Below, piece by piece: positions 56,701 to 64,000 of a DNA stretch of 64,000 bases. Source of the DNA: an uncultured Bdellovibrionales bacterium (lineage in GTDB: Bacteria > Pseudomonadota > Alphaproteobacteria > Micavibrionales > GCA-2720935); contig CAYGOD010000001.1 of assembly GCA_964351525.1 (NCBI GenBank), positions 78,534 through 142,533 on the forward strand. The letters are read 5' to 3'. The translations under genes and the position numbers were made by a program. Position 1 is the first letter of the stretch. Every line of letters starts with the position of its first letter. The notes beneath the pieces are model-generated. The model saw only the letters and a program-made list of their open reading frames with translations, was not told where the DNA came from and made no database searches.

Positions 56701-57812
56701 GTCATCAGAATGGCATCATCTAATATATCAGTTTTAGTACCGACAAACATTAAATCTTCAATCAAGCTGTCGATTGTTGCGCGCAACGCCTTATCCAAAT
56801 TATTTTGAACATGACCAATGAAGCGTGCGCCCGATCCTTGTTCTTCTGCCTGTGCGGTAATTATTTCCCCGTGTTTAACTTTGCTATTCAGGAAAGATGT
56901 TAAATATGCACCGCCCGCATCTTTAAAGAGATCACGGCCTAAGGTTAAAAGCTCGGCGCGCAGGGTTTCCTCTCCTTCACCAGTATTCATGCCATTTCCA
57001 ACATTGCGTAGGGCATCAATGAAACGCTTGTGCGCTTCGTCATATTCGGCGTTTTTAGGGGGCGTTTCTATAATATATTGCTCAGCCTGATGGGCTTGCT
57101 TGAGAATAGTGTCATAGTGTTGGTCATAGCTGTTTGAGTATCTATCCGGCACTATATTATAACCTGTGTCAGAGATAGGAATTTCTTCAAACTCTTCTTC
57201 TATTTGCCTTTCAAGCGGTTTGCCGAATATCTTGAGAACAAGAGGGTTTTCCTCTGTATGAACAATACGAGCAAGCTTTGTGTGTTGTGTTGGGGCTATA
57301 GCTGGCGCGTCCATCTTATCCATAGGCGCTTGCTGTTCAGTTTTCTGTATGTTAAAGAGCGACGCAGGTAGGTAATCTTTGCTGGTTATAAAACACTGCA
57401 TATGATTTTGACGCACATAGTCACATAATTCCTCTGACTGTAGGCTTGATAGATGAGAAATTTCTAAGTTATGTTCGTTAAAACCTGACGGTGTTTGGTA
57501 GGCATTGACCCACAATTGATCGCGGCGGATTTCTTGACGCATGAGCGGTGGAACGCTTTCGAAGAAGTGCTGTGCCTGCATTAATGAATTAAACATGCCT
57601 ATGCGAATTGAGATGATCTCATCTGAACTTTTAACGTGCGCACTTATCCCCATCACTAGTGTGATAAGTATAAATAGCATAAGCGTTTTTATTTTTCTTA
57701 AAACCAAGGTTCGACTTCTGTGTATTCTGGTTAATAAATGCTTGCGGCATTTTGGCCAAGAAACGGCCAGATAAAATGCGACTATAAGAAGTAACAGCAA
57801 AATACGTGCCAA
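53727..57812 (-). CDS. Giant inverse-autotransporter-type adhesin: SPOR-like domain - IAT beta-barrel - Ig-like (Big_5-type) repeats - LamG/ConA-like C-terminus
   Basis: The SPOR-like segment is ISIRIGMFNSLMQAQHFF…CDYVRQNHMQCFI. The barrel block is GANIFYDHQFPYNHARMSLGIDAKAKDLNFAANYYYPLS…GYDIELGYTF. TPPS/TPPL-led Ig-like modules repeat. The C-terminal lectin-like region is GLIFECGGAGQGQFVGF…. The start is uncertain (TTG at 57812 or ATG at 57680). Confidence 0.7.
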   Translation of the reverse strand: MARILLLLLIVAFYLAVSWPKCRKHLLTRIHRSRTLVLRKIKTLMLFILITLVMGISAHVKSSDEIISIRIGMFNSLMQAQHFFESVPPLMRQEIRRDQLWVNAYQTPSGFNEHNLEISHLSSLQSEELCDYVRQNHMQCFITSKDYLPASLFNIQKTEQQAPMDKMDAPAIAPTQHTKLARIVHTEENPLVLKIFGKPLERQIEEEFEEIPISDTGYNIVPDRYSNSYDQHYDTILKQAHQAEQYIIETPPKNAEYDEAHKRFIDALRNVGNGMNTGEGEETLRAELLTLGRDLFKDAGGAYLTSFLNSKVKHGEIITAQAEEQGSGARFIGHVQNNLDKALRATIDSLIEDLMFVGTKTDILDDAILMTTADNFMISGAKGLIDSGLALARQSDLYALRHMELEYNLNNFENSYFSALLTQPIHQSADLRHNIFLQGGGIVNEQSVDIDDDENRHTINVGAAYRYLTEDEKYLLGANIFYDHQFPYNHARMSLGIDAKAKDLNFAANYYYPLSDFKDSRIDSAGRKYEERALEGYDIELGYTFSYLPELSIFGKGYTYFRETDDDIRGLELSAEYSVNDNFVVRGALIDENGGRDGSELAFQYRMPLYDPQDPNLVLEDIRSASGNDSMRSRIFEKVRRENRIRVEERLKVDDTVIVSAQFDATSIGLPFIVGGAATPSGVNLPFNTVITVPNGDFSIINFSNGAIANISASGGGDVILEFSNTTLTVTATNGGFVQFISGSGGIRTVNVPGGMVNLIGTDIDITDDGTTTTIQVRAGQVNVVPDVGVATLGGNQSDVVSLTIASGVTSLLVNPALETRQEEAFTNLDLINPNPPIGSEAAPFINVTPALITGPQFIGNNADVRLTFTQPVTVAGAPFINSLVGANPRSFAYNVGASTPTQLVFRHVFIAADVGSTSLTIQDLDLNGGTIIGTTNSLDAVTAYTDVTLPINDTTPPSLTLSSPVDNDPAFASASDIVLTFNETIQAGLGNIFITDTTDGTDNRIIPIGDAQISIVGSTLTLNPTTNLELSTDYDVTIASGVIEDVNSNDFAGITSGNLNFTTSNDTTPPLFTGANIADGATQIARNANIVLNFDENIAVIGTITLTDTDDGSSTVSYTLASPEVTVSGTMITLNPSTDLEYAENYEITWPLGAIQDLNSNNAAALTSTDLNFETVNLERTLTLTRNITAPDGNVDEANVQGSGVTIPTAGTYVMALDLTIPVSPSGLIFECGGAGQGQFVGFNAIDNVFRIRGGEGGNATPDTDLAFLDVPTASFIAGSYTLTFEYDFTLRRVRAWLDENLLGSGTSPAALEGNRWSGGDNCAFFTNAQGSLTVGEPSTAFNGTLLSTGFRYYTGQTVP

Positions 57813-57971
57813 TTGAGAATTAGCACTGAAAAAGCGACCCTCTGGGCGCTCTGTAAATAAAGAGTGTTTTAATGTCAGAAAAAACCGCGATGAGAAAGAT
57901 CGCAGAAGGTCTGTGCTTCTAAAATTTTTAAACTAACGCATTGAATTTAATTTATTATTTCATGCGGTTGC

Positions 57972-59846
57972 TTAATAAAACAAGAATTCGACCGCTTGGT
58001 TCATGCGTTGATCATGTGTATCTCTTGAATTCCAGTCTTCAAGCTGGAAGTCGCCTGTTTTAAATTCATTGAACAGGGAATTCACCTTGGTCGTCTTCAT
58101 GATTTCAGTGAATGTAGAGGTCGGTGTGAACCAATCTTTGTTACGTTCTTCGAATAACTCTAGAGACTTCTCAAATTCTGACATCTCGGCGGCTATACGG
58201 GCACGATCTTCGGGGGCTTGGTTCGTGTAACGCGCACGACGTGGTGTCAGCATAATCAAGACTGATTTTCTAAAATCACGTTCTGCCTTGCTAGAGAACA
58301 AGTACTGTAAAACAGGGACATCACCAAGGAAAGGAACGGAATCTCTTGAGCTTTCTGTCTCTTTTTCACTCAGGCCACTTAAGATAAGTGTTTCGCCAAA
58401 TTTCATGACAACATTCGCGTTTACGTTTGTGTTTGATGTATCTAAGCGGAATTCAAATTGAACAGAGCTGCTAGGTGATGTTAAGAAAGTACGCTCGGCC
58501 TCAACTTCTAATTTAATACGGTCACCGCTTAAAAATTCAGGGGTCACGCCCAATTTTACACCAATCTGTTTATTAACAGAAATAGAGGAGCCATCACCAC
58601 CAGAAACCGCGGCGGCAACAACATCAACACCTGAGAAGAACTCAGATTTTTCATTGGCAAGTGCAACTAAAGAAGGGCTGGCAAGGATTTCATTTCTGCT
58701 GTCTAGTGTATTGAAGATATTCAATGAATAATTAACAGCAGGTACAGAAATTAAGCTTGATACCGTTCTAGAGTTTGTATCGTTATTTGTTGGTGTTCTG
58801 TCATTAACATTATTACGACCAAAAGAAAAACCAGGAGTGTTTGTTAATTGATCGCCAAATTGTAGCTCAAGACCAGATAAAAGATTTAATCCCTTGTTAG
58901 AGCTAACATCTTCTTGTGTTCTAACGATAACGACATCAACAACCACCATATCGTCATTGACAAAATCTTCTTCAAAGTCATCATTATTTGATGTGGGTGC
59001 GGATCCCGGAATTGTTGACGGCGATCCACTTGGCAGAGCTTGTGTTATCGATGCCATTTGAAGGAGCTCTTCTTTATCTTGTGCGTGGAAACGTTCCCAT
59101 GACGCGATACGCCCATCCAAAAAGTCATATGTTTTTTGATCATCTTTAAAGCGATCAAGAAGCGCTCTGGCATCCGTTGGGTTGTCTAGTGCAGCATAGG
59201 TTAGGATAGAGGCACGATAGAATTTTTCTTTTTCAACAGGCCCTAAATCTAGATCTTTAATTTTATCTAATGATGCCTTGGTTGTTCTTGGGTCGCCCGC
59301 GTAATAAGAGGCGCGCGCCAAATCATATAGAATTTCTGGATCTGTCTCATCCATCATTGCCGCTGATGCTAGGGCTGATTGTGCTTGTTTAAACTGACGT
59401 TGATCAAGATGGGCAAGGCCTAGGTAATATTTTGACAATACATTGGTGTTATCAAATTTATAAGAAAGTTCATAGCCTTGTGTTGCAAATTCATAATTTT
59501 TTGCATCACCTTGTTTGGCCATCAAGTGATAGGTTAAGCCATTCATAAAATGAATGTGAGAATTACTGAGGTCTAGGCGTAGCGCCGTATTGAAAAATTC
59601 AGACGCTTTTTCTAGTTCACCATCATCCATTGCGGCGATACCTTCTGCGACAAGTAAACGGGTTTTACTATTCACCTTGTCATTGGGGATAAGGCTAGCC
59701 ATTTCTGTCTGCAAGCCCTGTGTTTGTGTCAAGGCAGAATTTTGATACAGGCTGTTAGAAGACCACTTTGATTGTGTGCCAGCTGTTTGACAGCCCATCA
59801 GGCTGATTGCCAAAGCACTGCATGCGATAATAGCAAATTTTTTCAT
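57972..59846 (-). CDS. Lipoprotein secretin with N-terminal TPR repeats (orphan)
   Basis: Lipobox ISLMGC. TPR-like repeats span about aa 60-230. The C-terminal secretin core is ETLILSGLSEKETES…VPFLGDVPVLQYLFS…VLIMLTPR. Confidence 0.75.
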   Translation of the reverse strand: MKKFAIIACSALAISLMGCQTAGTQSKWSSNSLYQNSALTQTQGLQTEMASLIPNDKVNSKTRLLVAEGIAAMDDGELEKASEFFNTALRLDLSNSHIHFMNGLTYHLMAKQGDAKNYEFATQGYELSYKFDNTNVLSKYYLGLAHLDQRQFKQAQSALASAAMMDETDPEILYDLARASYYAGDPRTTKASLDKIKDLDLGPVEKEKFYRASILTYAALDNPTDARALLDRFKDDQKTYDFLDGRIASWERFHAQDKEELLQMASITQALPSGSPSTIPGSAPTSNNDDFEEDFVNDDMVVVDVVIVRTQEDVSSNKGLNLLSGLELQFGDQLTNTPGFSFGRNNVNDRTPTNNDTNSRTVSSLISVPAVNYSLNIFNTLDSRNEILASPSLVALANEKSEFFSGVDVVAAAVSGGDGSSISVNKQIGVKLGVTPEFLSGDRIKLEVEAERTFLTSPSSSVQFEFRLDTSNTNVNANVVMKFGETLILSGLSEKETESSRDSVPFLGDVPVLQYLFSSKAERDFRKSVLIMLTPRRARYTNQAPEDRARIAAEMSEFEKSLELFEERNKDWFTPTSTFTEIMKTTKVNSLFNEFKTGDFQLEDWNSRDTHDQRMNQAVEFLFY

Positions 59847-60030
59847 TGTGATTATTCCCCGTCATTATTCTAAAGCAAAATGGCTGTATAATTTAGAACA
59901 TATTCGCTTTTGATTTCAAAGAAACTTATTGGCATCATGGATTTAGCGGCTGGAGATAGTTTTGTTCTTGTATGGCCAGGCACAATATTTTGTTTAAAAA
60001 GAGTCTCGAAAATAGTTGTATTATACAAAC

Positions 60031-60045
60031 TGTTATATTATAACA
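60031..60045. promoter_or_regulatory. Zur/Fur-type box TGTTATATTATAACA (perfect palindrome) just upstream of zur
   Basis: Read directly. It ends 7 nt before the ATG at 60052 and resembles the GTTAT-N-ATAAC core of Zur boxes. Confidence 0.7.
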
Positions 60046-60051
60046 TCACAC

Positions 60052-60486
60052 ATGCACACGAATAATACATTGATGACGCTCGCAAAACAATACTGCGATG
60101 ACAAGGGCTTGCGCTTAACACCGCCACGCTTGTATGTTTTGTCTATTCTTTCCACATCAAAAGAGCCGATGGGCGCTTATGATATTTTGGATAAATTAGG
60201 ACAACATATTGATCGCCCCAAACCACCAACGGCCTATCGTGCCATTGATTTTTGGCGCGAACATGGTTTCATCCATAAAATTGAAAGCTTAAACAGCTAT
60301 CTGACATGTTGTGAAGATCATAGTCATAAAAACGTCCACTTCTTGGTATGTGATGGCTGTAATGGTGTGCAAGAGGTGCATCAGCACGAGCATGAGGAAA
60401 AACATTTACCCGCCGGTTTTCTTGCCAAGAAAACAGTAACAGAAACGCACGGCACTTGTGGTACATGTGTCGATCAGGCGGCATAA
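60052..60486 (+). CDS. zur: Fur-family metalloregulator, Zur-like
   Basis: Contains LRLTPPRLYVLSIL…MGAYDILDKL wHTH and the Cys pairs CCEDHSH, CDGC and CGTC. The ATG at 60052 is preferred over the TTG-extended track ORF. Confidence 0.75.
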   Translation: MHTNNTLMTLAKQYCDDKGLRLTPPRLYVLSILSTSKEPMGAYDILDKLGQHIDRPKPPTAYRAIDFWREHGFIHKIESLNSYLTCCEDHSHKNVHFLVCDGCNGVQEVHQHEHEEKHLPAGFLAKKTVTETHGTCGTCVDQAA

Positions 60487-60530
60487 ATTATAGATAAAAT
60501 ATTGATCCATGTGATAAAGGAATTAAACAA

Positions 60531-61514
60531 ATGAGAATTGCATTTTGTGGAAAAGGCGGCAGTGGCAAATCAACAGTATCGTCATTAGTGGCAAAATATA
60601 TGGCTTCATTAAATAAGGATGTTTTGGTGGTCGATGGCGACATTAATCAACATTTGGGTGAAGCATTGGGCTTTACAACAGACGCGCTAAAAAAACAGCC
60701 AAAGCTAGGGATGGATTCATTGCCCTTAAGGGAGTTTGTAAAAGGCACAAACCAATATATCCCAGACGCTAATCATATAACAGAGTCATGCCCCGCTGGG
60801 CGTGGATCGGGTTTCATCCATTTTAATCAACCATCACCTATGTTTGATCACTATCAAATTGAAAAAAACGGAATTCGTTTCATGGGTCTTGGCGGTCATG
60901 ATGAAGGTGATGTGGGCACAACCTGTTATCATAAATTTACGGGGGCTTTTGGTATTTTTCTAAACCATCTTATTGATGGTAAAGGGCAATATCTTATTGG
61001 TGATATGTGTGCGGGGGCTGATCCATTTGCTTCTTCTGGTTTGGCATCGCGCTTTGATGCAATCTTTTTGGTTGTTGAGCCAACATTAAAATCGACCAAT
61101 GTTTATACGCAATGTCGTGAATATGCCGATATGTTTGATATAGAATTATTTGTGATTGGTAATAAGGTAGAAAATCAATCAGACATTGATTTTATTAATG
61201 AAAAAGCTGGCAATGATGTGATCGCCATGCTGCACAAATCTGATTATATCCGTAATATTGAAAAAGGTATAGTAGCGCCATTATCTGAGTTAGAAAATGT
61301 CAACTTAACGTGTTTACAAACGATCTTGGATAAAACAGACAGCCTGACCCGCGATTGGGATAAGTACCAAGAGATTGGTTTGAAATTCCACAAAGCCGCG
61401 GCGGAGGGCTGGGCGAATGCAATGTTTGGTCTTAATGTAATGGATTTCGTTGATCCTGATTTCTCTTATGACGATGTTATTGATATAACTGTAACAAAAA
61501 GAAAGATTGCTTAA
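60531..61514 (+). CDS. MinD/CooC-type P-loop ATPase (possible metallocentre/maturation factor)
   Basis: Deviant Walker A FCGKGGSGKST, then VVDGDINQ and GDMCAGADPF (CxC-less, CooC-like layout). Confidence 0.6.
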   Translation: MRIAFCGKGGSGKSTVSSLVAKYMASLNKDVLVVDGDINQHLGEALGFTTDALKKQPKLGMDSLPLREFVKGTNQYIPDANHITESCPAGRGSGFIHFNQPSPMFDHYQIEKNGIRFMGLGGHDEGDVGTTCYHKFTGAFGIFLNHLIDGKGQYLIGDMCAGADPFASSGLASRFDAIFLVVEPTLKSTNVYTQCREYADMFDIELFVIGNKVENQSDIDFINEKAGNDVIAMLHKSDYIRNIEKGIVAPLSELENVNLTCLQTILDKTDSLTRDWDKYQEIGLKFHKAAAEGWANAMFGLNVMDFVDPDFSYDDVIDITVTKRKIA

Positions 61515-62995
61515 TGACAACGCAAGCTGTCCAAAATCACCCCACAATCAAAAGTAATGACGATGACGTGCCATATCGTCTGCGTCCACGTATGCATGCG
61601 ATGGTTAAGGATGCTCTTGATAATAAAGCTTTGTTTTTTGATTTGGTAGAACAATTTGGTTCGCCGTTAAATGTTATCTTTCCTGAGATATTCTATCAGA
61701 AATATCAGCTCTTTGATGAAATGCTTGCTGGGGAGCATTTAAATTATCGTCTTTATTATACGTGTAAGCCAAACAGATCAAATGCCCTATTAACAGAGGC
61801 CGCATCTTTAGGGGCGTATGTCGATATCAGTTCTTTAGGCGAATTAAATGCGGCGCTTGATGCTGGCGTTAATCCAGAAAAAATATCGGCAACGGGACCC
61901 AAGAACAAAGCCTATATGGATGCGGTGCTTAAGCATCAAGCCTTATGCGTCATTGATAACTGGTTTGAGTTCGATTATGTCACGCAAAATGGCCAAGGAC
62001 AAAACCCGATCATGATACGCTTATCATCGCCACAAGATGGTGGTCCCGCACAAGATGATAGTTTCGGATTTCATTTCAATGATGTGCCGCGTTTAATAGA
62101 AGCCATTAAAGAACATGAGATCTCAGATTTTCATGGCTTTGCCTGTCACTATAGCGGGGCATTTGACAAGACACGTTTACGTCATATTGATATGGTTTTG
62201 AAAGCCAGTTTGATGGCGATTGATAATGGCGTGATGCCGTTGGCAATCAACATTGGGGGCGGTTATCAAGTTGGATATGTACAATCAAATCAAGAGTGGC
62301 AAGATTTTACAACGGCATTGAAAAAGGCAGTCATCGGCGATCATTCACCCGTGACCTGGGATAATGCGAGCATGGGTTTTCGCCTGCAAAACGGTAATCT
62401 CTCGGGCAGTGCTAATTTTGTAGATCACTATCAAAGCCGTACAGCAGAAAACCATTTGGAAAAAATACTTTATGAAACATTTGATGTTCTAGACGGTGGC
62501 TCTTTATTGGACTTCATCCGTGACAGCGGTTTATCACTTTATGTTGAACCGGGCCGTTCTTTGATGGATCAATGTGGTGTCACGCTTGCCAATGTCAATT
62601 TTGTTAAAAAATCAGCTAAAGGGAACACATTGGTTAACCTTGATATGCATCACGCGAATTTAAATGCTCATGCGTTCAAATATATGGCGGAACCGATTAT
62701 CTTGCACCGTCAGGATGATTTGCGTCAGGATGATTTGCCGATTAACACAGAAGGTGTTTTTTACTATGGGTCTTTGTGTTTTGCCTCTGATCTTATTACG
62801 TTCCACAAAACATATCCTGACCATCTGCCACAAAGTGGTGATCTGGTTAGTTTCATTAACACCGCTGGCTATCGCATGGATTTTGCTGAGTCTGAAATGT
62901 TACGCCATCCAAATGCAGAAAAAATATGTCTGACAAAAACAGACGGGGCATGGTCCTACTTCAAAGATAACGATTACAAGAAAGATCCAAAATAA
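61514..62995 (+). CDS. PLP-dependent decarboxylase, Orn/DAP/Arg decarboxylase (fold III) family
   Basis: Contains YTCKPN (PLP Lys), NIGGGY and EPGRSL. The start overlaps the upstream stop (TAATG). Confidence 0.75.
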   Translation: MTTQAVQNHPTIKSNDDDVPYRLRPRMHAMVKDALDNKALFFDLVEQFGSPLNVIFPEIFYQKYQLFDEMLAGEHLNYRLYYTCKPNRSNALLTEAASLGAYVDISSLGELNAALDAGVNPEKISATGPKNKAYMDAVLKHQALCVIDNWFEFDYVTQNGQGQNPIMIRLSSPQDGGPAQDDSFGFHFNDVPRLIEAIKEHEISDFHGFACHYSGAFDKTRLRHIDMVLKASLMAIDNGVMPLAINIGGGYQVGYVQSNQEWQDFTTALKKAVIGDHSPVTWDNASMGFRLQNGNLSGSANFVDHYQSRTAENHLEKILYETFDVLDGGSLLDFIRDSGLSLYVEPGRSLMDQCGVTLANVNFVKKSAKGNTLVNLDMHHANLNAHAFKYMAEPIILHRQDDLRQDDLPINTEGVFYYGSLCFASDLITFHKTYPDHLPQSGDLVSFINTAGYRMDFAESEMLRHPNAEKICLTKTDGAWSYFKDNDYKKDPK

Positions 62996-64000
62996 TGATA
63001 GCCAATCATATTACTGACCTTATTGGCAATACACCGCTTTTGAAGATCTCACCGGATGTTCATGGTCTTAAAAATGTGAATTTATACGCAAAAATGGAAA
63101 TGATGAACCCGTTGGGGTCCGTCAAAGATCGTATTGCGTGGGCCATGATTAAAGACGAGCTAGATGATTTGATTAAAAATGATAAAATGATTGTTGAGAA
63201 TTCTAGTGGTAATACAGCTAAAGCCATTCAAGCGATCGCTGGCTCATATGGTATTAAGTTCAAATTAATGACCACAATGGCAAAAGTAACTGAGCCAAAA
63301 GATGTTATGCGCGTTTTAGGGGCAGAGATAGAAGAGTTGAGCCAAGCCAGTACAGATTGTTTTGATCCGAATGACCCGAATGACCCCCAATATATTATTG
63401 AAAAATTCGTTCAAGAATCAGATGGCAAAGTCTTTTTCCCATCACAATTTACCAACCAGAAAAACGTCGATATTCACAAAGAAACAACAGGGCCAGAAAT
63501 CTTGGAAGATTTGGCGCGTGTCGATTGGTTTGTTGGCGGATTGGGAACGACGGGTTCAACCCGCGGCATTATTGAAGCCCTACGTGAGCGCGACAAAGAT
63601 GTAAAATGTTTGGGTGTTTGCGCCGAGAATTACGACTTTATTCCAGGGATCCGTAGTGCGGAACAAATGTGGGAAATAGGGTTATTTGATAAATCTCTTT
63701 ATCAAGAAATTACAACCATGCCAGCAAAAAATGCAGTGGATGCAATGATCGAACTTAATCAAAAGGCAGGGCTTTTATGTGGTCCGTCGGCTGGCGCGCA
63801 ATATGCCGCGATCAAAGATCATTTTGTCGCCAATCCCGCCACGAAAGAAACAAATGTCGTCTTTATCGCTTGTGATCGCATGGAGTGGTATATTTCGTAT
63901 ATTAAAAAATACCGTCCCGATTTGTTTAATTCACAAGAGAAGGCCGAAGACAGCTATACGAATTTCTATCCATCTGTAGAAAAATCACAAAATTGCCAGG
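62995..64000 (+). CDS. Cysteine synthase/CBS-like PLP enzyme (SbnA/CysK family), 3' end beyond the window
   Basis: Absent from the ORF track because no stop is reached. ATG at 62995 (TAATG overlap). Contains LIGNTPLL…KMEMMNPLGSVKDRIA (PLP Lys), SSGNTAKA, GTTGS and GPSAGA. I read the frame as open through 64000. Confidence 0.75.
   Translation, partial: MIANHITDLIGNTPLLKISPDVHGLKNVNLYAKMEMMNPLGSVKDRIAWAMIKDELDDLIKNDKMIVENSSGNTAKAIQAIAGSYGIKFKLMTTMAKVTEPKDVMRVLGAEIEELSQASTDCFDPNDPNDPQYIIEKFVQESDGKVFFPSQFTNQKNVDIHKETTGPEILEDLARVDWFVGGLGTTGSTRGIIEALRERDKDVKCLGVCAENYDFIPGIRSAEQMWEIGLFDKSLYQEITTMPAKNAVDAMIELNQKAGLLCGPSAGAQYAAIKDHFVANPATKETNVVFIACDRMEWYISYIKKYRPDLFNSQEKAEDSYTNFYPSVEKSQNCQ

Noticed and set aside
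63362-63979. Track ORFs 63362-63604 and 63779-63979 (+)
   Set aside because: They are out of frame inside the cysteine-synthase-like gene (62995 onward), which carries clear PLP-enzyme motifs and stays open to the window end.
1-64000. CRISPR arrays, IS elements or transposases, rRNA, prophage structural genes
   Set aside because: No regularly spaced repeat-spacer pattern, no DDE or transposase-like ORF, and no rRNA-like sequence was seen on reading the window. Their absence is stated from visual inspection only.

Overview
Low-GC (judged by eye, not computed) proteobacterial chromosome segment. The DUF2924 plus large-serine-recombinase pairing and the Zur-box type suggest an alphaproteobacterium, but this is not proven. 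Positions 1-8383 look like core genome: two-component genes, a chalcone-isomerase-like/MFS/SDR trio, a CHASE-PAS kinase with a decayed partner receiver, a DUF2946-like gene plus an outer-membrane barrel, and tRNA-Ser(GGA). Directly after the tRNA lies an accessory region (8384 to about 26.8 kb, possibly to about 32.5 kb). It holds two paralogous large serine recombinases, a DUF2924 gene, an AbiU2-like HEPN gene, a visibly GC-richer seven-gene czc-type metal-efflux operon, a DUF5681 gene with a ParB-N/DNA methyltransferase, several unknown membrane proteins, a GC-rich highly structured non-coding element, and a 650-bp non-coding stretch with nine copies of an ATTCCCTGT motif. An unusual NAD-metabolism operon of domain fusions follows. 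The right half carries tldD/pmbA, large effector-like proteins of unknown function (one with a transglutaminase-like Cys-His-Asp triad), an SBP-HK-RR module, a CoaB-like/aldolase fusion, a SPOR-anchored inverse autotransporter beside an orphan TPR-secretin, and a Zur-box/zur operon continuing into PLP enzymes that may make a metallophore. The best candidates for something undescribed are the about 200-nt structured RNA or leader at 23171-23380, a 27-nt box at identical spacing upstream of three recombination-module genes, and the ATTCCCTGT motif array. No CRISPR array, IS transposase or rRNA was seen. All family calls come from motif recognition in the translations, with no database search.
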